Shown piece by piece: positions 1 to 11,745 of a stretch of 64,000 bases of DNA; the first letter of the stretch is position 1; every line of letters begins with the position of its first letter. The notes beneath the pieces were generated by a model. The model had not been told where the DNA came from, made no database searches, and saw only the letters and a program-made list of their open reading frames with translations. This DNA comes from Felis catus (Eukaryota). A program made the position numbers and the translations under genes. The stretch spans positions 179,678,001 to 179,742,000 of the forward strand of contig NC_058368.1 in the NCBI RefSeq assembly GCF_018350175.1. Direction: 5' to 3'.

Positions 1-171
1 TCTGATGAGAAATTTGCTGTTATTTACATTATTTTTTCTCTAATAGGTAAGGGGTTGTTTCTCTCTCACTGCTTTCAAGATTTTTTTCTTTTGTCTTTAG
101 TTTTCAGAAGTTTGACATATGTGTCTTGGCATAGATTTTTGTTTTGTATACCCTGGTTGAGTCTGCTCACA

Positions 172-384
172 TTTTTTTTTTCAACGTTTATTTATTTTTG
201 GGACAGAGAGAGACAGAGCATGAACGGGGGAGGGGCAGAGAGAGAGGGAGACACAGAATCGGAAACAGGCTCCAGGCTCCGAGCCATCAGCCCAGAGCCT
301 GACGCGGGGCTTGAACTCACGGACCGCGAGATCGTGACCTGGCTGAAGTCGGACGCTTAACCGACTGCGCCACCCAGGCGCCCC
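172..384 (-). mobile_element. Young Can-SINE (SINEC_Fc-type)
   Basis: Reverse complement of GGGGCGCCTGGGTGGCGCAGTCGGTTAAGCGTCCGACTTCAGCCAGGTCACGATCTCGCGGTCCGTGAG, followed by a (CT)n stretch and AATAAA/A tail. TSD tgctcacattttt at 164-176 and 385-397. Confidence 0.97.
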
Positions 385-465
385 TGCTCACATTTTTGAA
401 TATGTGGATTTATGCCTTTTTCCAAATTTGGGAAGTTTTCAGCCATTATTTCCTGAAGAACTTTT

Positions 466-696
466 TCAGCTCTGCCATCTTTCTTTCCTTCTGGGTCTCC
501 AATAACATGTTAGGTCTTTAAGGCTATGTCCATTTCTTTTCAGTCTATTTTCTCTCTGTTGTTGAGATTGGGTCATTTCTATTGTTTTATTCTCGAGCTT
601 ATCAGTTCTTTCGTCTGTTCCCTCCATTTTGCAGTGGAGCCCATCCACTGAATTTATCATTTTGATGAGTTTATTTTTCAGTCCTAAAATTTCCAT
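466..696 (-). pseudogene. Decayed L1 ORF1p coiled-coil fragment, not a functional gene
   Basis: The translation resembles the L1 ORF1p segment 'LELKN..EMKNS.DGL.SR....EERISELED...E..Q.E.QRE..LK' and is flanked by stops and frameshifts. Confidence 0.65.
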
Positions 697-3351
697 TTGG
701 CTCTTCTTCTTTTATCTTCACTTCCTTGCTGAGAACTTCCAGTTTTTCATTTGTACCAGATATCTTCTTTGTTGCTCATGGAAGCATTTCTACTGTGGCT
801 GCTTTAAAATCCATGCTAGTATTGGCATTTTTTATTGTCTTTTCTCATTTAAGTTGTGATTTTTCTTGTTCTTGGTGTGACAGGTGATTTTCAATTAAAA
901 TTGAATACTTTGGGTATGTAATGGGACTCTGGATCTTATTTAAACCTTTTGCTTTAGCTGACATTTGCTTGGCTCCTGACTTTGCTCTGGTGGGGGAGGG
1001 GTTGGCATGGCCTTATTACTGCCAGGTGGGGGTAGGAATGCTGATTCACCACTTGGACTCCAGTGATACCTGGAAGAAAGGGCTCTGTGTTACAGCTGGG
1101 TGGGACTAGGAATCTTAGCTCCCCACTAAACTTCTGTTGATGCTATCTAGCTGGGAAGGCAAGAATACCCTATTACTGCTTCCCACATGGCCTTACCAAC
1201 ACCACAAGGGTAGAGGGTGTAGAAATGGCCTCATTACCACTGGGTATTGGTAAAAGTAGACTTTCCTCGAGACTCCTCTGATACCACTTCAATGGTTATT
1301 TCGTTGGGGAAAGCCACCATGTTACCTACCACCAGGTAAATCTAGAAGACCAAACTCCCCCCATGGTCTCCACTAATATTATGGAGAAAAATTTCTTTAC
1401 TACTCAGCAAGGATAACATGCCCTGATCTGAACAAGGACTTGGGGTAGTAATGAGGCTGATGAGGGTAGAGGTCTAGCTTCCCCACTCAGCCAGTGCTGG
1501 AGGAGGTGATGGCTACAGATTTTTCAGTGTGTTTGGTTGGAGTAAAGTCATTATCATCTGGAAGTTTCCTGTTTGGTAGGCTGCCTCTTTTCTACTCCTT
1601 AGACTAGGAAAGCAGGCTTTATTTGTTTGTGCCCATTGGCATGCTGGGGCTGCTGGCTTCACTAGCACTAGGTATGGGATACATGAAGCAGAAAGATAAC
1701 CCAGAGAACTCACCACAATCCTATTTCTTGAGTTCCAAGTGCCTGGCCAGACTACCTTCTTCTATCCATCTCTTAGAGTCTTCTGATACTTGTTTTATGT
1801 TATGTCCAGGGCTTTAAATTAAACTCAGTGGAAAGAATAAGGAAAAGTGTCTGTTATCTATTCCATCTTCCCAGAAGAGGATGTCCTGTAAATGGACTTT
1901 TCAACCATTTTATCAGGTATCTCAGTGGTTCTGACAGAGTAGACCTTTGATGATTTGGGCCATGGTTTGTTCATATATAAATCTACCTTTAAATCCCCTG
2001 TGATTTTCTTTTAAAGATTCTGCTTGGTGCCCATAAGAAGTGAGATAGAAGATTCTCTCTATTGAACTCTTGATAAAAAGCTGCCCTCAGTGGGAGAAAA
2101 CAGGCCAAGACAGGGCAAAGGAGGGGCAGAGATGGGCCTTCAAACCTCCACAGCCTGGGAATGCTTCTCCTCCTGCCGATCCCAGGACCAGGCTGCTGGA
2201 GCAAGAAGACTTGACTGGATGAACAGAACATTTGTTATAGTAGCCATTGGGGGTGGGAATCAATCAGGACATCCTCAGTTTGGGTCATAAGGGTCATTAA
2301 ATGGGATGTTGCTTGGCCTTGTGTGTGTGTGCACTCACACACACATGCATATGTGTTACAGCTTTCTGCAAGACATCTGTCTTGGAGGAAACCATTTTTT
2401 CAAGGCTTTCCCTTTACCATTATGTTGATTTCCTACTCCCATCAGGGTGGAACGATCCAGGATGAGAATTGTTGGTTTTTAGTTAGCAATCAGATGAATG
2501 AACTAGGTAGCTTATAATAAGCTTGACATTTCTTGAAGCTTCTATGGGCTAATAAATTACAAGGTCTCTCAGTTATAGCCCTGTATCCACATTAGAAATG
2601 AAAATTCTCATTTAGGGGCCATTTTGCTTCAATGATTTGATTTTAACCTAAGACAAAAGGTTTCTACCTTAGCAGCTTCTGGGGCATTGAGGTTTTCAAT
2701 AAGTTAATTTCAGATCCAAATTGTTCATGATGTTGCGTTATGTAAACGTGACTTGGGCCAGGAGAAAGGCTCTGATTGCTATCAGTTGCAGACACCGAGG
2801 TGTTGACAGCGGTTGGAACAGTCTTGCTTTGTCTGAGTAGGAATGCAGCCTCCGAGAGCTGACCGCACCGATAGGGAGAACCTGAGTGAATTGTCCTTTT
2901 GTTGAGGCAAAACTGTGGATGTGCTTTGTAAATTAGTTCTTATCTGACTCACAGACACAGGGTTCAAAGACTCAAACACCAACCATGGACACTGGGTTAC
3001 CAAAAACTGCCACCACATGTGTAAATTGTAGTTCCTTTAACCAGGTCCTAGTTGAGGCCTAGTAGGCCAAAATGTCTTTCTCATCCTATCTTATCCTTAG
3101 AGCTGAGTTTTAGACGACTTCCTCTGATAATGTTCCTAAGTAAAGCATTCTTTTTGCCATGAGATAGACCCCCCAAAGGACTTGGTCTGAGGTTGCTTTT
3201 AAGGTGAATTTGGAAAAGCCTTGGTGCACTTATACATTCCAAAGAAATGTTCTAACCAGTCATGTTCATTTTCTCTGATTCTCATTCTCAGTTTGCTTCA
3301 GACTTCATAATAAATTTTAGAATTCCCAAGTGTTGACACCACATAATTAGT

Positions 3352-3585
3352 ATAATAGCTAGTATTTAATGTGTACTTAAAAGTTACCAAGTATCATACT
3401 ATTCTTTCTATTCATTATCAGATTCAATTCCCACAACAACTCCATGAGGCCATGTTGACTTTACAATGAGGAAAGTGAGGCACAGAGTGATTGAGGAATG
3501 TGTCCATGATTGTACAGCCAATGAAGCTCTGGGGCTGGGATTTGAAGTCAATAATCTAACCCCAGAGACTATGCATCCTCTTTCA
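3352..3585 (-). mobile_element. MIR SINE
   Basis: Antisense MIR core 'tttacaatgaggaaagtgaggcacagag...gctgggatttgaa'. Confidence 0.8.
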
Positions 3586-5715
3586 GAACAGGCTTGGGCA
3601 TGATCCAGTTCCTGGCATTGAGATGAGACAGGCAGGCAGAGGCTGGACCTGGAACCTGAGGAAGAAGCAGAAGGGGCATAGTGTAGGTGATGACAACAGG
3701 AAGAACCCAGGAAGTGGAAGGTATGGCTCAGGTAATGCCAAGGAGCTGTCAGCATGGGGAGGTGCAATTAGGAGTAATTCAAGCAGAACAAAGGATGAAG
3801 TCAGGAGTCTGTGTTACCCAGAGATCTGGAAGGACTGGCAGCATCAGGTCTCAGCTGGGTGGGTAGGGTTCAGAGGCAGGACCCACACGTGAAGAGACTC
3901 CCGTGCCACCTAGTTAATTTCAGTGGACCTCAGGCCAGAAGAAAATGTCTGGAACCAATAACCAGAACCAGAGTCCAAAGTGGAGACTGAAGGCAAGATC
4001 TGATCTGAAAGGTCAAAGCCATATTGATGATGGAGAATCCCAGTATGTGAGGCAGAGATTCCAAAGTCCTCTCAGCCCAAATGATAATTAACTCCTAGTA
4101 TTGATTCAGGACATACCCCCCCCCCCCCGCACCCACCCCCGGCAGAATGCAAGCGAGCTCTGCCTGACACACAGCCTGTCCTGGAGCCAAAGAGAAAACC
4201 CAGGCCTGGGCGTTTCCAAAAAAATGCCAAGTATCTGAATGTTGTCTGACAGTCTGTTAGTGGAGATAGGAAAACGGCAGACTTGGGTGTTGCAATACCA
4301 CCTAGCCGCTCACTCAAATAAAACACTGTCTGCTGCCACAGTAGACAGCATGTAATATTTGTTGAGAGAATGGGAATTCTACAAAGGGACCCGTAAACTG
4401 CCCAATATAATTTCCATTGCTTTGTAAAGTCTGGAAGTTGGAAATGAAGTTTCTGGACTTCAGGGGTTGTTCAGGGAGATAAAAATCATTGTCCATTTGC
4501 CCGATACTGGAAATTCGCCCTGGTCCTCCTGCACTCCTCCTGGGCCTAAATGGAGTGAGGGGTAGGCCATGTAACTTGGTTTGAGGCAGCTTGTCAGTAC
4601 TCAGCTGTGAATTCTGAAACCTGGCCCACATCAGCGAAAGTGATGTCTTATCCAGACACACGCCATAGGAGATATGAACTGGATTGAAATCAGAGCAGGG
4701 AAGGCTGTGGGGACCTCAGCGCCTTCTGAAGGTATTTTTAGAATGCTTTTAACCTGAAAAAGGGAAAGTGCTACCCTTCTGGAGACCATGAAGCTGAGAA
4801 TGGCTCATAGATAAATCAGGCTAATACTTAATTTGGGGGGAGCCCCTGGGCTGCTCGCCTGGGATTGGGGTAGGCGTGTCTGTTGTAATGCTCTGGGAAT
4901 GTGACATGCAGAAGTTGGTTGGCTGTCATCAGAGCGACCCCTCCCCCTCTCTTTAGCCTGAGACTGGGACACCAACAGTGTCAGGGAAGGAAATAATTAT
5001 TCCCTATATTTGTAAATGTGGTTTATAGAACACATGGGCAGATTTTATACCAGTGACAGCACTGGATACACAGGCTACTGCCCCCACTTTTCTCATGAGG
5101 GTCTTGAGGATCACACCACATGTCCACACAGCTCTACAGGAGACCCTGCCTGGAGACTCTCAGCCCCTACATTCAGCACATAAAGCAAAAGATTATATAT
5201 AGTCAAAGTTACTCTGAAAAATCACAAAAATCGCCCTCTGAAAACGGTGCCTGGCCAAGTTTGCCATAGTTGGATGAGATCAATCTCTTCCATGGACTAC
5301 TGGCGCTATAGTTGCCTTGCATTTAGAAGTCATGTTTTATGGGGGGAAAAAAGAAAAGAATTTCTTTGTGCTCAGCCTGCTGAGATACACACACAGGAGA
5401 AGCATGTAGAAGCTGAGACTGAGTGAGGGGCAGCTTTGAGTCCTTTGTGCACGCTCAGTGGGGGCATTTGCCTTCTGAGCAGTGCGGTGGCCAACAGTTC
5501 AGTAAGTGGCTTTCTCTCTCTTCTCCTCCATGACAAATGCATGAAGTTGAATTTTCCCAATTTAAATGTGTGTGTGCTGGGATTGTACTGTAAGTCACAG
5601 AGCAGGCGTTCCAGCCAAAGGTCCCCACCTCAGACCTGGTATTCTTTGTGCCATTTTCCCTGACCTCCCATGGTCCAGTGTCACCTAGCTATGGGAACTG
5701 TTGTCTGCTAACCTT

Positions 5716-5716
<1 letters not shown>

Positions 5717-5750
<34 letters not shown>
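5717..5750. repeat. (TAA)11 microsatellite at a MIR 3' tail
   Basis: Perfect TAA repeat directly abutting the MIR end. Confidence 0.95.
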
Positions 5751-5751
<1 letters not shown>

Positions 5752-5970
5752 GTAGCAAGTATTGAGATCTCATCTTGCAGTAAGTGTGGTACATGCTTTA
5801 TCTTCTTTGCTCTCCAAACAACACCTTGGGATAGGTGCTGTGTTTATCTCCATTTTATAGATAGAGAAACTAAGGCACAGAGCGAATGAACCAAGTCACT
5901 CATCTCATAAGAGCCTGGAGCAGGATTTGAACCCAGACTTAGGTATCACCAAAATTTATGCTATTATATC
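5751..5970 (-). mobile_element. MIR SINE
   Basis: 'ctccattttatagatagagaaactaaggcacagag...caggatttgaacccagac'. Confidence 0.85.
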
Positions 5971-6994
5971 ACTTGGCTCTTCTGCCTCTGTCTTACCCTT
6001 TTCCTGACCACTGAGCCCTGAACCCACATACCCTGTTAGGAAGGCAAACCCTCTAGAGGCCAGAAGGAGCAGGCCTGAGCACCTTACCCTGGGCTCTCTG
6101 GTTTGCTCTTGATCATGGTCCTGGAAGTTAGTAGCAAATGACCCTGTCATCTGACTAAAGTTCCCAGGAAGTGTGACACAGATGGCAAGTGGAATCCCAG
6201 CCAGCCCTTCTTCTGCCCATACTGACAAAGTTCCTCAGACACTACACACTGTAATCTCCAGAGGGGGCTCATCTGGGTCCCCAACAGGGGGTTACCCAGC
6301 ATTGGTTTTTCAACTGCCAGGGCTGTTATTCCAGACTAACTTTTAAAGTTATTTCACTCTTTGGAGTGCCACACCTTCCGTTAGAACCCCTTACATCTGA
6401 TGGCACTGGCTGGAGCTCAGGGAAGTCTCAGAAGTGAGGTCAGGAGTTTTGATCACAATAAAGAGGGAAACAGGGTCATGTAGGGCAGACGGAAGTACAC
6501 TCTCAGTCTGCTGATGGTGCACTTAATAAATGGCCACCGCTGTGCTGAGAGAGGGGGCTCCAACCAGGCCAGGGGCCCAGGCTCAGTTGAAACAGGGGTG
6601 ATAGCTGCTTTCATTCAAAACATTGATCTCAAGTGTCCCTTTCACTGACCTCTTTCTCCCAGCCCCAGTTCCTGGCCTGCCACCCAGCTTCCAAGTCCCA
6701 AGTTAATGTTGCTAGTGTTTCTTCTCTCATCCAGAAGTCCAGGTGCAAAATGTTTAAGGGCTCTCTTTTCTAGGGAAAGGGAAGTTTAAGTTTTCCTTTC
6801 CCCAAGTTTCTGGGGACTTGTTTGCAGTAGATATTTCCAGCACCTCTGTCATGAGTTCAAATTGCCTCTTCCCAATGCCACATTCTTCTGATTCCCAGAC
6901 CAGCCTTCTTACCCCCTACATTCTGGTGTCTCCATAAGGCAAAGAAGTACCAGAGTGGCTACTCCACCTGAAATTCTTACATTCCTATGTGAGA

Positions 6995-6997
<3 letters not shown>

Positions 6998-7031
<34 letters not shown>

Positions 7032-7166
7032 TTGAGAGAAGTACACGTATGTAATATGTGTGTATTCTCACACCTGTGTGTATGACAGAGGTGGTATATG
7101 TTTGTGCATGATCACACATGTGTGTATGAGAGAGATGTGGTGTGTGTGTGTGTGTGTGTGTGTGTG
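6998..7166. repeat. Two (TG)n microsatellites joined by degenerate purine-pyrimidine alternating sequence
   Basis: (TG)n at ~6998-7030 and ~7141-7166. Confidence 0.9.
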
Positions 7167-7594
7167 CATGCACGCGTGCGCACAAAGTAGGATGGGAAAT
7201 TATTCCTTGATCCCACACTGGGACAGAGACCATTTTCCTTTCCTTATTTAGACCTCTGTTTAACCCAAGTGTCATTTGCTTGTCCCTGAGAACCTGCATA
7301 GCCTCATGGCTTTATCTTTATCTTACTTTATATTTAACCTCATTAGCTATTGGTGGGCCTCGCCTGGGCCAGATCATAATGGCAGACACACAGGATAAGG
7401 GGCCCTGATGTTTATCTCTGCTATGGAGTGTCTGGTATAGTAATTAACTTTGAAGTCTTGAATACAACAGGATATGGAAGGAAACATCAGAAAAGCCCTT
7501 GCTAATTTGCAGAAGGCTTTATAAAACAGAAATCAATTATTTATTTGTTGCCTGTATAAGGAATATTTACAGTATCCAATTGCACATCAAAATA

Positions 7595-7800
7595 TAATGG
7601 AGAAGAACCTGGTTTTGGCCTGTAGCTGCCAGGGTTGGAATCCTACCCACTGGCTGCATGATCCTGGGTGAGATACTTTATCTCTCAGAGCCTCAGTCTC
7701 CTCAGGTGTGGAACAGCGATGATAAAAAGTGGATTAAATGTAATATACAGTTAAAGCACTTGGCATTGTCCCTGGCATGCAGCCAGGTCAACAAAAGTAG
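7595..7800 (+). mobile_element. MIR SINE
   Basis: 'gggttggaatcc...tctctcagagcctcagtctcctc...ggattaaatg...aaagcacttggcattgtccctggca'. Confidence 0.8.
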
Positions 7801-8094
7801 GAGCTCCTATCCAGCCTGCTGTAGCCATCCAGTGACCAGTTGTACCCATCATGCCTGCAGCTCAGATTCCTGTTGATGTGGGGCCACCTAACAGTGATCA
7901 TTCCAACATCACATTCTAAAGTGAGTTTAATTTAATTATTAAGGGAGTACCCCTAGACCTTTCTACTTTGGGATACCATTGCAAAAAGAGATTTTAAAAA
8001 TCTCAGATTTAAAAAATTATTTTGTATTATTCATGTGCTTGATCCCTCAGGTTGTACAGTATCTGGTAACTTGCCCCTCTTTGCTTTCACAGGA

Positions 8095-8097
<3 letters not shown>

Positions 8098-8143
<46 letters not shown>

Positions 8144-8148
8144 CACAC
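8098..8148. repeat. (CA)n microsatellite
   Basis: Near-perfect CA run with one CG interruption. Confidence 0.95.
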
Positions 8149-8748
8149 AAATGTTGAATGTCTCCTTGATTTGTTGAAGCTCCCAGTGTCTTGATTCTGT
8201 GGATTTGTCCTGATAGCCACTAGAGGGTGCCCCAGGGGTCTCTGGGGTCTGGGTCTCCTACTGATAGGCTGAAGAGTCAAGTCAGTAATAGCAGAACCCT
8301 CCTAGGGAAGAGCCAGACTGCAGTTCAGATGATGGGAACAGGATTTTGGAGCTGGAATTAATAAAGGATTCTTGCTACATGATGAAAAAAAGCCCGTGTT
8401 GTATTCCTTTGTGAAGTTGTAGGCCATATCTTTTTCTAACAAGACCATTTACAATGATTTTACCCCTAAACAATCATTGAGTACAAAACGCCTATCTATA
8501 AGCAATCAAATAAAATCTGTGAGTATCATTTCCTTTTAATTAGTCATGCAATTAGTGTGTGATTAGAATTTCCCAGGTTGTCTTTCTTCTGTTTTAGGAG
8601 GCTAGGTGGCTGGTGGTCATAGATTTCAGAGTTAGAGAGATCTAGCTTCAAATCCCAGCTTCTTCCATTACAAGCTGGGTGGGTAGCTTTTGAGGTCATG
8701 TAGCCTTTCTGAGCCTCAGTTTTCTGCTCTTTAAAATGGGACTGATGA

Positions 8749-8850
8749 GGGACATCTGGCTGGCTCAGTCGGTAGACCGTATGGCTTCTGATCTAGGTGT
8801 TGTGAGTTCAAGCCCCACGTCGGGTGTAGAGATTACTTAAGAAAGTAAAA
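8749..8850 (+). mobile_element. Short Can-SINE (SINEC_c/old-type, no CT stretch)
   Basis: 'gggacatctggctggctcagtcggtag...gtgagttcaagccccacgtcgggtgtagagattacttaa'. TSD taaaatgggact at 8732-8743 and 8851-8862. Confidence 0.9.
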
Positions 8851-8889
8851 TAAAATGGGACTAATTATATTCCTTTAAAGGACTTCTTT

Positions 8890-9093
8890 GCCTGGGTGGT
8901 TCAGTTGGTTAGGCATCTGACAGCAGCTCAGGTCATGATCTCACGATTTGTAAGTTCGAGCCTCACATTGGGCTCTATGATGACAGCTTGGAGCCTGGAG
9001 CCTGCTTTGGATTCTGTGCCTCCCTTGCTCTCTGCCCCTCCCCCGCTTGTACTCTGTCTCTTTCAAAAATAAACATTAAAAAAATTAAAAAAG
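8890..9093 (+). mobile_element. Can-SINE (feliform type)
   Basis: 'gcctgggtggttcagttggttagg...gctcaggtcatgatctc...ggagcctggagcctgctttggattctg...aaaataaacattaaaaaaa'. TSD aaggacttct at 8878-8887 and 9094-9103. Confidence 0.93.
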
Positions 9094-9229
9094 AAGGACT
9101 TCTGTGTATAGTAGATGTATAGTGAGTCCCATATTGGTCTGGGATGTGGTAGCTTTGTAATAAATGGCAGATATTATGCTCATTTTGATTCTTTTAAATG
9201 ACACTGTTAGTCACAAACATCACTGGTCT

Positions 9230-9800
9230 GCCTTGGAGAGCAACTTCATGATATAATGACATGTGTCAGCTCTTCGGCCATCACGGTTTAAATTTGATCC
9301 ATCCTATTTCCTTGTTATGTGTTTATTCAACTATTTAAGAAATAAGCATTTTACACAGCACCAATGCCAAATCACAATTAGTGACAACTTTTATACAACA
9401 CATAACAGAGGCCGGGAACTGTTTATGCAAGACGACAACAGCCACTGAGCAATGTGCAAAGAAAATATTGTGCCTTCCTGGCCATTCCTAACATTTCAAG
9501 TCAAGGTGTTGCATTTAATGAATCTCCAGAAGGTTTAATCTTAGACTTATTAAGAGCATTATTTTGTGCAGGCAAACAAACAGCCCTGCTGGCGGCACCA
9601 AACATGTTTATTCCGAATAGTTAATTACATTGTGTCAATTCCTGCCCTGGAGCCTTCAGGCTATTCCGTTTTTCTACCCATGTGGACATTCCGTCATCAT
9701 TCATTTTTATTTCCTCTCTGGCCTTTTAAAAAGCCAAGCGGAGAGGAAGCGCATGCATGGGTGTAGCTGGAGCATCTTGCAAAGTGAAATAGGCCAAACA
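9230..9800. promoter_or_regulatory. Putative conserved non-coding element / enhancer
   Basis: Repeat-free island with three FOX-type TGTTTAT (9320, 9420, 9605), inverted TGACA-TG-TGTCA (9257-9268) and TAATTA. Conservation is not verified. Confidence 0.4.
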
Positions 9801-10112
9801 CAGTCCCAGTGGCTGTTGGGAGCTGTCTTCAGTGTTCAAAACTCATTGGGGTTTTCCAGCAACGTCAAAAGATTCCTGAATGATTCTGACCTTGAAGCCT
9901 TAGCCACAGTGACCAAGGCTTGGGAGTCTTTGGAAGTCCCTGGAGCTTGAAACTGTGTGGAAAGAGGAGCATAGATTGGAATCTGAGAGCAAGAAGATAT
10001 GGCGGTTGGCTTACAAAACTGCTAACCCACATCTCTTTCTCTTTCTCTCTGACTTGCAAAAACAGGATATATCAGCTTAGGATCTTTCTCTCAGAAGTAT
10101 GGGGGCCTCCTT

Positions 10113-10288
10113 GGGACGCCTGGGTGGCTCAGTTGGTTACGTCTCCGACTTCAGCTCAGGTCATGCTCTCACAATTTGTGAGTTCAAGCCCTGTGTCTGT
10201 CTCTGTGCTGACAGGTCAGAGCCTGGAGTCTGCTTGGGATTCTGTGTCACCCTCTCTGCACCTCCCCCACTCGTGCTCTGTCTCTCTG

Positions 10289-10323
<35 letters not shown>

Positions 10324-10370
10324 ACCTCTCAAAAATGAAATAAAAGCATTTTTAAAAAAATTAAAAAAAA
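10113..10370 (+). mobile_element. Can-SINE (feliform type)
   Basis: tRNA-derived head 'gggacgcctgggtggctcagttggtta', expanded (CT/CTGT)n and A tail. Degenerate TSD aagtatgggggcctcctt (10095-10112) / aagtatagggccttcctt (10372-10389). Confidence 0.95.
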
Positions 10371-10767
10371 CAAGTATAGGGCCTTCCTTTGCCTTCAGGA
10401 AAGCAGAGTGCCAGCCCTCTGCAGGGCCAGGGGGACATGGAAGCAGAGGGAAAGGCACATAGTTCTGTTTGCCTGGCCTGGAGTATACGGTGAGTCAGCA
10501 ACAAGGAGACTCCAGTTCTTAGACATCCAAGGCCCAGGGACACTGGATCTGGGGCAGGCTGGACCAGATACCCATCACTGAGAAGCAGGAGGCTCCAGGC
10601 CTCTCCACACTCCCAGTCTGGCACCTCCAAAGCAGTTAGAAAGGAAGGTGTAGAGAGCTAAGCACTCCCAAAATAGTCCACAAGTAGATACATACTCACC
10701 AGTCATACTTGCACATGAGCATCAGACATGGTTCCATCCTCAAGGAGCTATAATTCTCTGTGATAGG

Positions 10768-10965
10768 GAGTAACAATGGACATTTATGGGGCACTTAACT
10801 GTGAGCCAGACACTAGGCTAAGTAGTTTCCCTGCATTAACTTCAAACACCTCTATGAGGCAGGCACACTTGTTATCTCCATTCAGCAATCTGGGAAACTA
10901 AGGCACAAAGAAGTGAAGCACCTTGCCAAAGGTCACACAGCTAGTAAGCGGCAGCCCAGGGATTT
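10768..10965 (-). mobile_element. MIR SINE
   Basis: 'gggaaactaaggcacaaagaagtgaagcaccttgccaaaggtcacacagctagtaagcggcag'. Confidence 0.88.
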
Positions 10966-11534
10966 TGTTGCATGAAAGGATAATAAATGGTGTCATGAAT
11001 TAAAACACATGCATATACCGGCTTGGCAAACTTACGTGCCGTGTAAGGCCTGAAAAACTCCGGGTCAAGAGGTTTCAAGGAAGAAGGGGTCTCAGTGAGC
11101 TGGGTTTGGCAGAGGTGTCGTAAGACATGGCAGGGTGCACCAGTTGGGTTTGGAAGGGCCTACAAATGTAGAGAGAAGCAGGAAGAACATCCCGGCTGGA
11201 GGAACTTTTGCAGGTAGCCGAGGAGGCAGGAGGAGCTGGGATGATCTGAGCAGGTGGCAGAGGAGGGTGTGTGAAGGGCAGGAGGATGGCTGGGGACAGC
11301 TGGCTCATAGAGGGCCTTGAACTTGAAGCCATCGTCATCAAACCAGAACCAGAGAAAATGAAGTGATTAAATCCCTGCAGCTGGCAGAGTCCTGGTGGGG
11401 GCGGAGGATGGCACTGGGCTCCACAAGGGCAGTCAGTCCCCTTGCCAGAAAGATGGAAACTGCCCTCAGTTAGCAGGGCCATGGGCCAGCCACCGCATCA
11501 CTGCTATTTTACAGCACCAGCCTCTGCTTGAGAG

Positions 11535-11745
11535 GGAATACGCTTTGCGGGTAGGAGCAAGTGCCCAGGTTTGTGTTCTGGTCCTGCCATGAAGCTCTGT
11601 GTCAGTGAAAGAGTGACTCCGTTTCTCTGTGCCGCCTCAGTTTTCTCTGCACTATAAAATGGAGTGACGCATTCCTGGTGGGATTGTTGTAATTGAACTA
11701 AAGTGCTTGACACGTAGTAGGTCCTCAGTATGTGTTAGCTACTAC
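11535..11745 (+). mobile_element. MIR SINE
   Basis: 'gcctcagttttctctgcactataaaatggag...gtgcttgacacgtagtaggtcctcagta'. Confidence 0.75.

Larger units (their letters stand above)
1..1860 (-). mobile_element. Ancient L1M-type LINE-1 5' region (decayed ORF1 plus 5' UTR with degenerate tandem repeats), interrupted by a Can-SINE
   Basis: Minus-strand ORF 466-696 (EILGLKNKLIKMINSVDGLHCKMEGTDERTDKLENKTIEMTQSQQQRENRLK) resembles the L1 ORF1p coiled coil. The plus strand is T-rich as expected for antisense L1. Degenerate 'cctyattactg..gggtggg..ccccact' units recur at ~1010-1495. Confidence 0.75.
8615..9175 (+). mobile_element. MIR SINE split by two Can-SINE insertions
   Basis: MIR 5'/core at 8615-8745 (ttcaaatcccagc...ctgagcctcagttttctgctctttaaaatggg) resumes at ~8860-8887, with a tail-like piece at 9100-9175. 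Confidence 0.7.

Noticed and set aside
55..360. 101-aa ORF, and similar ORFs at 22242-22588, 25745-25990, 9920-10462 and 42584-42869
   Set aside because: They read through Can-SINEs. The recurring 'WDRERQSMNGGGAEREGDTESETGSRL' peptide is antisense SINE translation, not a protein family.
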